A stretch of 64,000 nucleotides of DNA from the human T2T-CHM13v2.0 reference genome, Homo sapiens, in assembly GCF_009914755.1 (NCBI RefSeq), contig NC_060934.1; one strand, given 5' to 3'. The notes beneath the pieces were generated by a model. It was not told the origin of the DNA. It searched no databases and saw only the letters and a list, made by a program, of their open reading frames with translations. Both the position numbers and the translations under genes were made by a program. Positions 28,320 through 45,125 of this stretch are shown here, in pieces; position 1 is the stretch's first letter, and each line of letters begins with the position of its first letter.

Positions 28320-29765
28320 AATATTTTATTATAGAACATTTCCAACAAACCAAAAAGTTACAAGGATTTTACGCTGAACATATATACTTACCACTTTGAT
28401 TTTATAGTTAACATTTTGCTATACTTGCTTTGTCAAATATCCATTCATTTCTTTGTCCCTCTGTGGTAGGCAGAATATTGGCCCACCCAATGATGTCCAT
28501 GTCCTAATTTCTGGAAGCTGTAAATATGCTTCCTAACATGACAAAAGATACTTTATAGATGTGATGACCTTAAGGACTTTGAGATGGGAAGATTATCCTG
28601 TATTATTCCTTTGGATTCACTGTAATCATAAAGATCCTTAAAAGAGTCGGAGTAAGCGAGACGGCAGTGGCAGGAGAGTCAGAGGTTTGAAGATGCTGTG
28701 CTACTGACTTTGCAGATGGAGGAAGGAGTCATGAACCAAAGAATGTGGGCAGCCTCTAGAAGCTGGAAGAGGTACAGAAATGAATTGCCCCTGAACCTCC
28801 AGAAGGGACACAGCCCTGCCCACACCTTGATTACTCTCTAAGTGAAATTCATTTCAGACTTCTGATCTCCACAACAGTTAAATAATAACTTGGTATTTAT
28901 TTAAACCACTCAATTTGTGGTAATTTCTTATAGCAGCAATAGGAAATTAACACATTTTCTATCCATCCATTCATCAGTTCATCTTTTAAAAATTTTATAT
29001 ATAATACATTTGAAAGTAAGTTGCAGGTACCAGGACACTTCTCCTCTCAGGATTTTAGTACATCTGTCATCAATGAGTTCTGTTTTTGTTGATATATCTT
29101 TTCTCTTGAGGTAAATTAATATACAATTAAATGAACAAATGTTTAGTGTACTTTTTCATAAATTCCAAGAAAACACTTAAATCTCTGCAGCCAAAAACTC
29201 CAACAGAGATAGGGAATCTAACCATCAGCCCATGAAGTTCCTTCTGTCCCCTCCCAGTAAACCCAAACTCCTCATCCCAGTAACCACTGTTCTTACTTTC
29301 TGCCTCTTTTATATAAATGGAACTGTGTAGTATGTATTCTTTTGTGTAAAGCTTCTTTCTTGCAGCATATTTTTGAGGTTCATCCATGTTCTTGCATTTA
29401 TCAGTAGTTTGTTCCTTTTCATTGCTGAGCAGTATTATATTACATGAATATATCACATTTTCTTATCCATTTTCCAGTTGGTGGACACCTAGGTTGTTTC
29501 CAGGTTGCAGTTATTATGAATACAGATGATATGCACATTCTTGTACAGTTTTTTTGTGGACATATGGTCTCATTTTCTTACCTAAATATTTAGGAGAGAA
29601 ACTTACAAGCAATAGTTTTGTTTTATAAGCAACTACTAGAACTTTTTCTAACATGGTTGTGCAATTTTACTTAGTTGCTGTACATTTTAATCAACATTTG
29701 ATGTTGGCAGTCCTTTTAATTTTAGCTATTGTGTATTGCATTTCATTGATGATTAATAATGTTTG
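28320..29765 (-). mobile_element. L1MC-type 3' fragment interrupted by an MLT1D LTR
   Basis: TTGAAAGTAAGTTGCAG, AACCACTGTTCT...ATAAATGGAA, GGTGGACACCTAGGTTGTTTCCAG. Confidence 0.75.
28462..28954 (+). mobile_element. MLT1D solo LTR
   Basis: TGTGGTAGGCAGAATATTGGCCC...GAGATGGGAAGATTATCCTG...GCAGCCTCTAGAAGCTGGAA...TAGCAGCAATAGGAAATTAACACA. Confidence 0.85.
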
Positions 29766-32679
29766 CCAGGCTTTGGCTGTTGAAAAGCCCAGCTTCTGGT
29801 AAATGTAACATTTTGTCTATTTTGAAATTCAAGTGGCTCTTTTATCCTTATACAAGGGTGGAGTTATGTGGTACTATACAAAAAAAATGATGACAGTGAG
29901 GTCCAAGGGAATCAGTCCTTAGTTAATAGCTCTGAGTTCTTTTCTACTAAAAATATCTATTCTCCCCAACTCAGGCGCATTGTAGGGAGGAAATAAGATG
30001 ATGATTGAAATAAGAGCTATTATTATTTCAATCTTACTAAAATAAGGGGTAAGATTTTTTTCTTTTGGAAAATATCTCAAACATATACTGTGTTACCACT
30101 TCTTGATCTTGACTTGGGAAGCATTTTAGTTACTCTAAATGGAGAAAGAAAGGAAAACAATCAATATAAAAGAGCATTAGCTGGTTAAAACTGTTAACTT
30201 TTTAAAAGTAAAATTTAGAAGCATGTCAGAACAGCTTAACTGAAGGAGACAATGTTAGCATGTTCTACAGAGATCAATGTATTGTTCAGATTTGGGGTGC
30301 CTGCATATTTATCAAAATCCTCTAAGACTCCAACTTTTGAAGGAATACACTAGTTTTAGATTTCAATCACTTAACTGAGACCTCATTCAAACGAGGGAAC
30401 AGTTTTCTTATATTGTCAGTACTGAACACATGGTTTCTTCTTTTTCTTTTTTTATTCTCTTTGTATCTAGATTTGTCATGACCCTTCTGTACTACAGAAA
30501 CTCAGCTCCAGGCAAAGTTTTACAGCACAAAGTGCTCACAAACCAATTCTATCTCCTGCCAAAGTGAAGAAAAATCTGATTTTTAGAGAGAAAAATATCT
30601 GTATCTATCTCCCTAGAGGGAGAATAATGCATTAGAAAGAATAGAAAGATGTTATGTTTCCTCTCCTTCTCTGACCCCCTCCTGTTTTTGTCTCAGCTTC
30701 TCTTTGGACTCAGCAGGGCTTTTTCCTTAAACAACAAACACTCTGTATCCAAAAGGCCAGCCTCCAGCTTCTGGGTTTAAAGAAATATTTCACATGTGGA
30801 GGCAATAGGGGAGCCAGTATTGTAATCTTTTCTAAAATGCTTAAAGGAAAATGAACCATGCAGACCAGGAGAGTTTTTACCATGATTTCAAATCATTAGA
30901 TCCCACTGCTCTTCTTTGAGGCCTATGGTCTCACTTCTTCGGTAGCGATTTGAAAGTTTTTGGTTAACTTTACGAATGCACTCTGAGAACTCTGTGTAAT
31001 GTGGGCCAATACTACAGTTTAGCTCATGAAATACATATCCTATTTTTAGTGTCTTCTGTCACTTTCTGAAAATTTCTTCTCAGCTAAAAAATTCTGACTT
31101 TTGATCAATAGTGCATTTCTTAACCTTTCGGTCTTGACTTATTCCTGCGTTGTGCATACTTAATTGGGTTGGGTTTGTATATGTGTGTGTGGGGTTGAGG
31201 GTGGGGTAGCAGCTGGAAAGATATAAGCTTTTCTCTTTCAATTATTTTCAGGCTATTAAAGATGAGTGAGTGAGCCATTTAAAATTTTCAAGAGGGAAGA
31301 CCTATTAAAAATAAGTGACCTTGTGCTTAAGCCAATTGATTAAAATTTTAAAATTGGGTACTGAGTATCAATGCTAAATATTCTCCTTACAGTTTGAGAG
31401 CCTTCTGCCAGACAAATGCATTGTACGATAGTCTGGTTTTTCTGGAATGAAATGCCCAATTGAAGCCAAATTAGAAATATCAAAATGTAAAACTTCTGAG
31501 AATTCAATAATTTTGTTATTAATGTGAAATCACAAACTAAAGTTGTACAGATGCTCTACAGATGCATGTTGGTAAATCAATAGATAAAATACTATGAGTG
31601 ATTTCTGAATTAAAAAATCTCTGCATTGAAGTAGTAGTTGTTCTATCATGTTTTTTATTTGACTCCTTATATGAAGTATCAAAAATAATGTATTATCTTA
31701 AAAGTGCAGACCATATATTCTGTATTTTCTGACATTGTTCTAATTTCAACTATTCTGTTTAGTCTTCCCAATAGGTAAACTAGGATTTATTGGATTATGA
31801 CATAGATGGTATATTGTGTTCAACTGAAAGAAAAAAATGAAAATAGGATAAATAAATTGCTTTCTTAGCTTTCAACTGTAAATCAAAATGCATGGGTCAA
31901 AGCAGAGAGATGCAGTCTCCTTACAATGACTTTTTGGCCAAAGGGACACTAAATTATTATTTGATTATTGGTATTAATGTGTAGTGAGAAACTCTTTATA
32001 AACTCAGTGTTTGCAGCTAATACAAAGCATTGTTTTCCTGTAAGTATACTTGCCTTCTGGTTTTTGAGCTGCTGTTCTCCCAAAGGATAAAAATTTAATT
32101 TCAATCAGTTCAGGTATCTACCTCCATTTCTTTCCCTAGGGAGATAGCGACAAGGTCCAGGGCCCCTTTGAGGACAGACTAGCATTTAATATCTCATGGA
32201 TGAACACTCTGACTTCCCTCCTCAGACCTGAAAATGTCTCTAGTGTCTGGGACAGGAAACCTTGTTCTTATAGATTTACTTTCTGCCCAATCCACTACTG
32301 TCTTGGTAGGATTCATCCCTCCCCTCACAGAGCCTAGCTTATTGAAACTCAGTCAAAAAGACTCCTTTTCTCTGGCCTTCTGCACTGTCATCCTTTTGCC
32401 AGGGGCAGTGACTACAGCATGCCTAACTTCCTGAATGGGGGAGACCTTAGGGATGCCAGAAAATATTCGGGGGAAAATTCACTTGTTAAATCACCTTGCA
32501 ATTTGTATAGAGAATGTGTCAGCAGGTTGCTATGGGAGTGGTGTGGAGATGGCAGAGGTGGGAAGTACAGGTGCCTGGGTCTGCGCATGGACAGACTGCC
32601 TAGGACAAAGACAAAAAACACATATGGAACCCCTTCTGCGACCTCAGCAGTTATAGCTTTAAAAAATATTTTTTATCTT

Positions 32680-33047
32680 ACATTTTTAAATTTGTATTTT
32701 CTTCTTAATTGGTAAATAACAATGATACATATTTATGAGTACAAAGTGATGGTTTGATACATGTATATATTGTGGAATGATGAAATCAGAGTAATTAGCA
32801 TATCCATCACCTTAAATATTTATCATTTCTTTGTGGTGAAAACTTTAAAATCTTCTGTTTTAGCTATTTTGAAATATACATTATTATTAACTCTCACCTT
32901 GATGTGCAATAGAACACCAGCAGTTACTCCTCCTGTCTAACTGGAACTTTGCACTCATTCGCCAATGTCTCCTTTTCCCCTACACCCTCTGCCCACCAGC
33001 CTCTGGTAACCACCATTGTACTCTCTATTTCTGTGAGTCAGACTTTA
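32680..33047 (-). mobile_element. L1MA (MA6-8 type) 3' end fragment
   Basis: GTAATTAGCATATCCATCACCTTAAATATTTATCATTTCTTTGTGGTGA...CCTCTGGTAACCACCATTGTACTCTCTA. Confidence 0.8.
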
Positions 33048-33683
33048 TCATAGGGATAGATGCAACATCCTATCTGAACCTGCTGCTATTAACCATTTAA
33101 AGCACAGAACTAACTTCTTCTCTTCTGGTTTTACCGTCACAAGCTACCTTCAGACAACTTCACTTTCCACATGACTTGCATTCAGGGAGAGTGAGCTGGT
33201 TAGAACTATGTAAGTATTTACCCCAAAAGATGAATACTGTTTTTATTTTAAATGAATATATTGTTTTTCTACTTTATATTAACACCCTCCCTTAGCACTC
33301 ATATATTTCATGTTTTTGATTTCCTCTGCCTATCCTTAATCTTCTGGGCTAAAAAATGATTCAGGAGCCTATACATGCAATCCTATAGAGCACTAGGTGG
33401 AGAAAACACTAGTGTGGCTACTGTATTGATTCCTTGTGCAAGTAAAGGGCAGTTCAGGGATTTTCTTAAGTCCTTTTTGTATTTATATCACTGCAATCTT
33501 CTTGAACTTTCCTTCACTGGCTTTAGATCATAACTCCTCACTCAGGACTTCATCCCCTTATTATCTTTCCTTCAAACTTTCTGGAGATTTCCAACCGTCT
33601 CATATGAATTTATTAGTCATCCAATCAGTTACGACATGGCATTATATCAAACTGCTTCTCTTGCCAGGTACATTCACTCGATA

Positions 33684-36375
<2,692 letters not shown>

Positions 36376-36429
36376 TACATTATTTCTCTCTTAATTTACA
36401 TAAAACTGATCTCTATTATTAATGCTAGC

Positions 36430-37150
36430 TAATGGTTTTGTAGTGCTTATTATAAACTAGGCAATGTGTTAAGCACTCATGAACACCAATTAATTTGCTT
36501 CTCATAAAAGCCCTATGTTATGGGTTGAATAGTGTCTCCCCCAAAAAGATACGGTGAAGTCCCAAGCCTTCGTAACTCATAATGTGACCTTATTTGGAAA
36601 CTGGGTCTTTACAGAGGTAATCAAGTTAAAATGAAGTCATTAGTTAAAATGAAGGATGGTCCCTAATCCAGTATGACTGGCATCCTTATAAAAAAGGCAA
36701 ATTGGACATAGGGACAAACATGCACAGAGAAGATGATGTGTAGAGACAGAAACACAAGGAGAATACCATGTGAGGATGAAAGCAGAGATTGGATCAATAC
36801 ATCGACAAGGTGACGATTGCCAGAAAACCACCAGGAGCTAGGAGAGAGGCATGAAACAGTTCTTACTTAAAGCCCTCTGAAGGAACCAGTGCTGCCAACA
36901 CCTTGATCTTGGACTTCCAGCCTCTAGAATTGTGAAACAATAAGTTTCTGTTGTTTAAGCCATCCCGTTTTTGGTATTTTGTATAACATCCCTAGGAAAC
37001 TAATACACTCTATGAGAGAGGCCCTATTATTGTTCCCATTTTGCAGCTGATGAGACTGAGGCACTGAGGAATTAAGGGAATTACTTACTTTGGTAAGTGA
37101 CTCAAACCCAGGCACTCTGGCTGTAGTGCTTGTGCTCTTCTCTATTTTAC
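36430..37150 (-). mobile_element. MIR split by an MLT1B/C LTR
   Basis: GCAATGTGTTAAGCACT...AAAGCCCTA [LTR] TGAGAG...CCCATTTTGCAGCTGATGAGACTGAGGC. Confidence 0.7.
36516..37007 (+). mobile_element. MLT1B/C solo LTR
   Basis: TGTTATGGGTTGAAT...GTGACCTTATTTGGAAA...CCTAGGAAACTAATACA. 5-bp TSD CCCTA/CTCTA. Confidence 0.88.
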
Positions 37151-39307
37151 TAAATTGCCTCTTGTCTTTTCTAGTTAAGAACCATTCCTTTCTTAGCACT
37201 TTTTGCAATCTTTTCACTGCCTTTGCTAGGTCTTGTTGCACATGTTACTTCCTCTGTAGTCTTCCCCTGGGTACTCTGGCCTTGACTTGCCCAGAGCTGC
37301 ACTGTGTTCTGTGGGGCAGGCAAGAGATAGCCTCCTTCTGTGCTGTATCCCACTCTCTCAGAGGCCTCTGGAAGTCTTTAGGGAAGTACCTCCTTAGGAT
37401 TTTAATTATAGTTTTTGTTCCCAAGAATCTGGACACAAATCAGTAGGGAGGGGGCATAGAACAAGGACAAATATGAGTACTGGCTGATATTAAAGTCTTT
37501 ATTTCTCCTCACCCTGCTGAATGAAACTGTAACTGGGTCATGTACATATATGTATATCATATATGCATATGTGTACTTGGAGAAGGACACACACAGAAAA
37601 ATACACAGTAGATTGTTGAAAAAGAGATGTTAATGACAGAATGACAAGAAGAGCAAGTTATTAATGATACAGACATTTTATTGGGATTTCTGTACATTTA
37701 TTTAAATTAGGAGAGTATAGTCACAGAAGTATGTGAAAAGACAGTCACTAAAATGCTAATGGTGATAACTGAAGGGTCATAGGATTTCAGGTGAATTTCT
37801 TCTTTCTGAATTTCTGGGAGATATAATTGTTTCTTCTCATAATAACATTGGTGGATCCCGTAAAGAGCACAAAAATGATAAAGACAGTATTGTTTCCTTT
37901 TTATTGGATTCATAAATTGAATGGACCACAAGATTTCTGAATCTTCTCCACATTCTTTCTATAAAATATGATGTTTCTTTTTCTTTAAGAACATCTTGAA
38001 GATCAGAAAGGTGATGCACAGGATAAGTGCTTAGAGAAGACTTGAAGAGGTGATATTAAATGAATGAGCACACGAAGAAAAAGTCACATGATTAGGCTCT
38101 CTCCTTGTCATTTGGACAAGCTGAGTGACTCTGACATAGAGCAAGAACCTTCCTTCCCCAGCCCGTTCATTTCTGCTTGGCCATATGGATCATAATGACT
38201 GAGGCAGTCTGTTCAGGAACCTCTGCCCATGTTACTGGGCAACACACACTAGTCTCACAGAAAACGACTACTGGCAGGTTGTCATCAAAATAATAAGCCC
38301 ATAGTCCAAAGGGAATAAAGTTGGCACTCTTAATAAACAGTTATAGTATTGTTTTATACACTGCAGCCTCTAGTATCTAAAAACCATCATGTAAATATTC
38401 TCCCATTTGGTATGAAGAGGTAGAGCATTCCCCATTTCTATCTGTCTTTCAAGGTCAGTGAATTTTGTAGAATTCTTTGCCAAGTAGCTGCTGTGATATG
38501 AATAAATTTATGTGAAAATGAACTCAGCCAGCTAGTTATTGAACAAGACTTTTTTAATGGAATGTACTGACAGGAAAGAAGAAAAGGCAAACATAAAGGG
38601 TGAATAATAACCTAATGAAAAGAACTATTTTTTTTTCTTCAGTTCAGGGGAAACAGTAATCTATTTTTTAAAGACAAACTTTCAAAAGTCAAAAGGGAAG
38701 GAAGATGGAACTTCAACTCCATTGAGATGAAGGAAATAAGTAAGGCATTTCCAAGGAGAAAGAATTATCTGCATGGACATAAGACAGAAGTAAATATTTG
38801 CATGGTTTAATTTTTTTTTTCAGATACACAAGGGCATGAACAGTGGTGCAACCCAAATAACGTACAAGACAGGTTTAACTGAAATCTTCCTGAGTTGTCT
38901 TCCATACCTCTTTTAGTTGCAATAAAAATAAGTTTTTAAAAAATGCTGAAATTTTAAGGAAAATAAGTAGTTGTGCTTCAGGTGGATCATAAGGAGAAGA
39001 ATACAAGCCACATAGTTATAGAGCCAGCCCCTGTTCCATCTAGTTTCTTCCAAAACCAAAGATGATAAATGCCAATATGTCAAACTAGAAATTACGTTGA
39101 ATCTGTTTCACTAAATAGAACTTGGGTTTTGTAAGACTGGTGCAAGAATCTCTCTGATCCTTGATTCAGAGTTAAAAATATACTCCACGATGTATGAGCT
39201 GACTAGCTGCTTGCATTCCTGTGGGCTCCTCTGCCTCAGGGCTTTGTACTTCCTCATTGTCTTCCCTATCTGCCTTGTATATTCCCAGATGGGAAACTTA
39301 GTGCCTC

Positions 39308-39341
<34 letters not shown>

Positions 39342-39349
39342 GTCTCTCA

Positions 39350-39384
<35 letters not shown>
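39308..39384. repeat. Compound (CT)n-(AC)17 microsatellite
   Basis: CT run 39308-39348, then AC run 39351-39384. Confidence 0.95.
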
Positions 39385-39388
<4 letters not shown>

Positions 39389-41672
39389 CCCACTCATAGA
39401 TGTAGCATACTTTAGCAAAAGTGTGGTGGGGCTTACGAAGATGGTGTTTGTGAGGCAGAAAACAGTAACTTCAGCATGAACCTTAGGCACTCATGTTTCA
39501 AAATGCCTTTGACCATCCCCAACAAGTGTGTTTCTCCTGGTTCCTTGCTCCACTTAGTTGAGGTTTATTTGTTCACATTCTTCTCATTTGCCTGCAGGCC
39601 TAGGAACTCCCCTGCTTGGATCACCCCTTCAGATTCTTTTCCCTCTTTTAGATAGAGGCATTCGGTACTCCTCAACTTCTGTTCCTGATGGCTCCTCCCG
39701 GGAAATTTCACCTAAACTCAACCTCATGAGCTACAGAAGAAATGGTCCTTTAATTTAGTGCCTTCCAATTTAGAAAGTGAGAGTGGCTGTACATCCAAAG
39801 GTAAGATTTCTTCACTACACGTTATTTTAGTTTGCTATGTTTCACGTCAAGATGAGCTATCCAATAGCAATAGGAAGGCCATTGCTTAACAGGACTGTGG
39901 GTCCTCCTATTTCTACAGCTTTGAGGAGACTGAACAGCCATCTTCTCCACCTTCCATTTTCTTGGAAAAACACCCTGTTTGAAGCAGGTATCTTGGGTTC
40001 ATGGAAAAGGTTAAGTGTGAGAGATAGGAGGAGATGAAAAGTGAAGAGACTGACCCATTCTCTATTATTTTCTGACTGAAAGCTGTGCTTACTACATATT
40101 TTAATTACTGTTATTTATCGCTGCTCTTAAATTTCTAGGGATAAATTACATTAAATTTACTTTTACTTTACTAATGTAACAGATTTATTCTTTGGAGCTA
40201 TGTAAGCCCTCCATGAGAAAAATCACGCCTCCTTAACAATGACAAAATTGGAAAAGCTAAAGAAAGGAAGGCAAGAGAAACATTTTAGATTTCTCTTTCT
40301 AGTTAGCAATGGGTCAAGTGAAAAGGGAATTACTCAAAATGTTTCACTGGAGAGGTGGGAACAATGTACTTTATAGACCATTGTTTATGACCATTCTGTG
40401 TTAAAATTGCATCAATAGGCCAAGCCCCATCATGGAGATTTAGCAGATGTTTGCTCATTTTTTCCCTATTCTAAATCAGAAATAATTTCCCCAGGCTAGA
40501 CTGCCTGGATAGATGTGTGTAACATGAAAGTGCTTTCCCAGTAGGTGTTATTCATCAGTTTGGGGGATTCATATCCCAAATTTTGACAGGCGCTGAACTT
40601 CCAGGAATTAAGTCACAGACCACTCTTTTGGCATGATAATGCTGGATGTACTACTGTTTTCTGAGTGTTTTCTTCAAGAATCAGTTTCCAAGTATTTTTT
40701 GAGTAGGATGTGAATTCACTTTTTGGACTAGATTGTTGGACCTCAGAAATAAATTCCAGTTCCAAATCCTGTTCATTTGAATGTTAATCTCTAGACAAGC
40801 GTTCAGTTTTCCAAAGTTGCTGTTCTTTGCACTTTCAAGGGAAGCAGGGCAGAAATTCACTTGGGTTGTATTACTAAAGGCCCATCTTTAGGGTCAACAG
40901 CACCGAAGAAATAAAACCATCTTCATAAAACCCTCTCCTGAAGTTTGTCAATTGGTACCATCATCTTGATGTCATAACTTATTTCAAGATTTCCTGGACT
41001 TCTTAAAAATCAGAAGTCCTTAGCATTAAAGAACTGAATATATTTTATAAAGGGCTTCCCTTCTAGATTATTGAAGTTTAAACCATCATTTTTATTGTAG
41101 AGGCTTTTCTCAAATTTCTGAAGGTCTTGGCTTTCTGTTAATATTTAGGGATGTGGCACTGAGATAGCGATTAGGAGTGCTATGGGCATGACAGTGGCTT
41201 CTCAACTGATAAACATAATAATACAATCAGGATTGGGCAGGAGTTTTATTTTTTATGAGGCTACTCCAGATGCCATTACCTATAGTTCTTTTCGTTGGAA
41301 CAGAGGAATCTCTGGAGCAATATCTTCCAATTTCTTGACTGAGGAGTATATGTTTGCCTTCCAGAGCTCTAGGACCTAAGCTGGGAGAAGGTAGCTGGAG
41401 TTGGGTAGACTCGGGGTTTGGTTTGTAGATAGTCAGGCAATCCTCTTTATTTCCAATGTAGTTCTTTACTACCATCTTATCTGTGGCTAAGATCCCTTAG
41501 TTTATAGCTCCAGAGTCTCTCTAATTCAACTTACTCAACTTATTCCATCTTCTGCTGGAGTTTGTGGAGTGTTCCTATTCCTTAAACATAAAAGAGTTAT
41601 TTCTATTTTGTATTTTTATTCATTCTTTGTCTCTTTGTTGCTTCAACTCCTAGTTTAGATGTAACAGGATTT

Positions 41673-41675
<3 letters not shown>

Positions 41676-41705
<30 letters not shown>
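41676..41705. repeat. (AC)15 microsatellite
   Basis: Pure AC run. Confidence 0.95.
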
Positions 41706-41707
<2 letters not shown>

Positions 41708-41948
41708 CTTTATATAATACTTTGTAACTTGGAATCATTTTTTATCTTATTTATCATTTCCACTGAAATTTAGAGAATCCTTGTTTTTGATTAACTGTTC
41801 ATGTCTCAGTTTCCTTCTCAATAAAATTGAATCTGATTGCTAAAGTCCTTTCCAAATGGAAAGTTTTGTGAGAGGTGATAGGAAGCAGGATAAAAGGTCA
41901 GATAGACACTGGAGTTAGACTCCCTGATTCTTACCACTGTTTCACCAT

Positions 41949-42910
41949 TGCATAATCAGAGTTGTCTGGTTGCAAGCCACAGAGACTGGGCTCTAAGCAA
42001 AAAAGCCAACTATAGGGAGGATAATGAACAGAATCAATGTTAAAGCTGGAAAACTAGTGTCAGGAAATGCGTAGAAAACCAAGAGGGCCTTGGCAGTGGA
42101 GAACACAGCCAAAGTCATATCTCAGGAATTACCTGATAAGGAAACTGCTGCTTCTGGTGCTGTTGCCACTGGACATTTGCCACCAGCACACTCTTAATGT
42201 TGCTGCCACTGCCAGTGTGAAGAATTTCCTAACTCTCCCTCCATCTTTGTGATTGGTTGTGCCCATGCCCTTAATTCTCCCTCCCTCTGTGATTGGTTGT
42301 GCCCATGCCCTTAAGTCTCAAGGGGTAGGAAGAGGACATTTATGTCCCCATTTGTGTAGTCAAGGTTCTTCAGAAAAACAGAACCAATAGGTTATTTTAG
42401 TTTCCCACTTTATTTTATCTTATGGAATTGGCTCATGTGATTGTAGGGGCTGGCAAGTCTGAAGTCTGTAGGGCAGGCCAGCAGGCTGGTAATTCAGGTT
42501 AGAGTTGATGTTGCAGTTTTGTCTAAATTCCACAGGGCAGGCCAGGCAGGCTGGAAACTCAGGCAGGGTTTCTTTGTTGCAGTCCCGAGGCCAGGCTCCT
42601 TCTTCTTTGAAAAATCTCACTGGTTGCTCTTAAGACTTCTAACTGATTAGATGACATTCAACCACAATAAGGAGAGTAATCTGCTTTAGTCAAAGCCTAC
42701 TGATTAAAATGTTAATTACATCTAAAAAACACCTTCACAGTGACATCTAGATGAGTTTTTGACCGAATAACTAGGCATCAAAGCTGATCCAAGTTGACAT
42801 ATGAAATTAGCTGTTACAACATTCCGTGTCCATAACAAGGTCCCTCTGCAAACATTTCCTAATTTTAAGATGCTGGGTAGGAAGATAAAAAATTATAACT
42901 GCCCACTACA
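41949..42910 (-). mobile_element. Old MLT1K/L-type LTR (interrupted by MLT2), itself splitting a MIR (~41870-41947 and ~42911-43085)
   Basis: GTCTGGTTGCAAGCCACAGAGAC...TAAGCAAAAAAG start and GATGCTGGGTAG...GCCCACTACA end. MIR halves lie on both sides. Confidence 0.55.
42353..42818 (-). mobile_element. MLT2 (ERV-L; C/D-type) solo LTR
   Basis: CAAGGTTCTTCAGAAAAACAGAACCAATAGG...GGCTGGCAAGTCTGAA...CAAGTTGACATATGAAATTAGCTGTTACA. TSD CCATT/ACATT. Confidence 0.85.
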
Positions 42911-43234
42911 GCTGCTTTACTGTATAATCTTGGCCAAGGTACTTCTCTTTATGCTTTAGATTCCAATTCTATAAAATAGGGATAATAACTCATATAGTTG
43001 TTGTGAAGATTAAGAGATTAAAAAAATACATAGAACATCTTGAAAAGTGCTTAGAACAAGGTAAATGCTCAGTCAAGTAAGATGCTGTAACTTCTTGTCT
43101 AAATACCACCATAAGTTATTTGTCACAACACATGTATTATACCTCCCACAATGTAGGGTACGTAAGGATGAAATACCTGAATCTGATGGAGGGAGGTGTG
43201 ATCTGCATTCCTAATCGAAGGCCCACACACAAAC

Positions 43235-43450
43235 AATGACACTAATAGATGTAATTTACTAAGCTCTCATTACCTGCAGGCACTATGTCAGATGCTCCAC
43301 ATATATTCACTCACTATAATTTGACTCACATAATAATCCAGTGAGGTTCATGATGCCTCATTTTGTAGAAGAGAACACAGAGCTTTAGAAAAAACTGTAT
43401 CATGCTCAGAATCATGCAACTAACCCTTTGCAGAGCCTGCATAAAAAATG
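43235..43450 (-). mobile_element. MIR SINE
   Basis: ATTTACTAAGCTCTCA...CAGGCACTATG...CCTCATTTTGTAGAAGAGAACACAGAG. Confidence 0.6.
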
Positions 43451-43548
43451 TGATTTTAAAATTAATTTTAATTTTAAATGTTGGCCTCTCAACTACTCCT
43501 CTGTGCTGTCTCTACTTTATAGTCCAGATGGAAGGGTCTACTCACTAG

Positions 43549-43881
<333 letters not shown>

Positions 43882-44534
43882 TTGAATGTTACCTCAGCTT
43901 CATTGGTCTGGAAAATGAGAATTCTGAGGTCTCCCTTAAACATCAGATTCAGGACGCTAATCCCTAGCAAGGGAGATCCTTGTCCTTTTTTGGATGTTTG
44001 TTAGGCTTTTTTTAGAGGGAGCTCTGCCTCAACTTCCTTCTTAAAAAATGATTAATGCAAATTTCTTGGGTTGTTTTTGGTCCACTCATGAGTGTAGAAA
44101 AGAGAGAATATAGAATTAAAAAAAAATCTTCTTTTATATAATTAAAAATATCTTAACATTAATTAAAATTCATTTCAGAGAAATGAAATTAAACTATTTT
44201 AAGCTACTTGAATAAATTTAGGGTGCCATGGAAATTAGTCTATATTTATAAAAGAAATTGTTAACTTTTGAATATTACTTTAAAAACTTATGAATGTTTG
44301 CTAGGCTGAACACTTCTATCTATTATAGAAAGACAAAGATTAAAAATCATATGCAAGCCTTTCATTGTGGACAAAAACATCTAAGGGCTAAGAGTATCTG
44401 AAAACATTAAATGTAGGAATTTAGCCCGTTTTCCTGAGATAATTTGAATTTTAAACATTTTATTCTAGAAGTTAGGTCTACAACCAATTGAATTGGAGAA
44501 CAAAGTGATTTTGGAGGCTGGTGTAGGGTCAGAC

Positions 44535-44700
44535 CTGTATATCTTAACTTTTAGTGTTCATTCAAATTACTTGGGGATATTTTCCAAATGCAGATCCTGA
44601 TTCAGTAGCTTTGAGGTGAGCTTTGAAAGCCTATAGTTCTAATAAGCTCCCAAGTGAGGCTGATACTGCTATCCACATACCAAACTTTTAAAATAAAGGG
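44535..44700. mobile_element. MER5-family MITE
   Basis: AAATGCAGATCCTGATTCAGTAG...TTCTAATAAGCTCCCAAGTGAGGCTGATACTGCT. Confidence 0.65.
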
Positions 44701-44999
44701 CTGACCACCAATTTTGGTGGATGTCACAGCTCAGAAGCCAAACACCACCCATTAATCAGAGTACTTCATCATTTATTGTTCATAGTCATGTATAGCCATT
44801 ATGATATTGTACCTTGGCAGCCAATAGATAGAGATGGCTTCTAAGTTAATCAGAGACAATTCTATCTAGATCTCTGGAGGTGAGGCAGTGGAAAGAAATT
44901 GGTATCTATTGTTCATCAGAGCTAGTCTTCCTAGAACTTAACAGTAAATGTCTCATTTCATTCCTGGAGCAATTCTATGTGAAGCATACACTAGAGCCT

Positions 45000-45125
45000 C
45001 CTTATACATTTGAGGAAGTGAAGCCTCAAAGTAAGTAACTTGTCATGGCTAGTAAGTGGTAGAGTCAGAGTTTGAACCTTGGTCTGTCTGACATGACAGC
45101 CCATGCTTTCTCCAATATACTATGT
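45000..45125 (-). mobile_element. MIR SINE
   Basis: GAGGAAGTGAAGCCTCA...GCTAGTAAGTGGTAGAGTCAGAGTTTGAACCTTGGTCTGTCTGAC. Confidence 0.7.

Noticed and set aside
30003-30033. 11-bp inverted repeat GATTGAAATAA/TTATTTCAATC
   Set aside because: AT-rich and short enough to be near chance level.
30440-31275. Several acceptor-like pyrimidine tracts (AG at ~30470, ~30696, ~31251)
   Set aside because: No convincing paired donors or reading frame; expected in T-rich DNA.
31978-32660. Possible ancient Gypsy-like LTR on the minus strand
   Set aside because: The resemblance is too weak to call without an HMM search.
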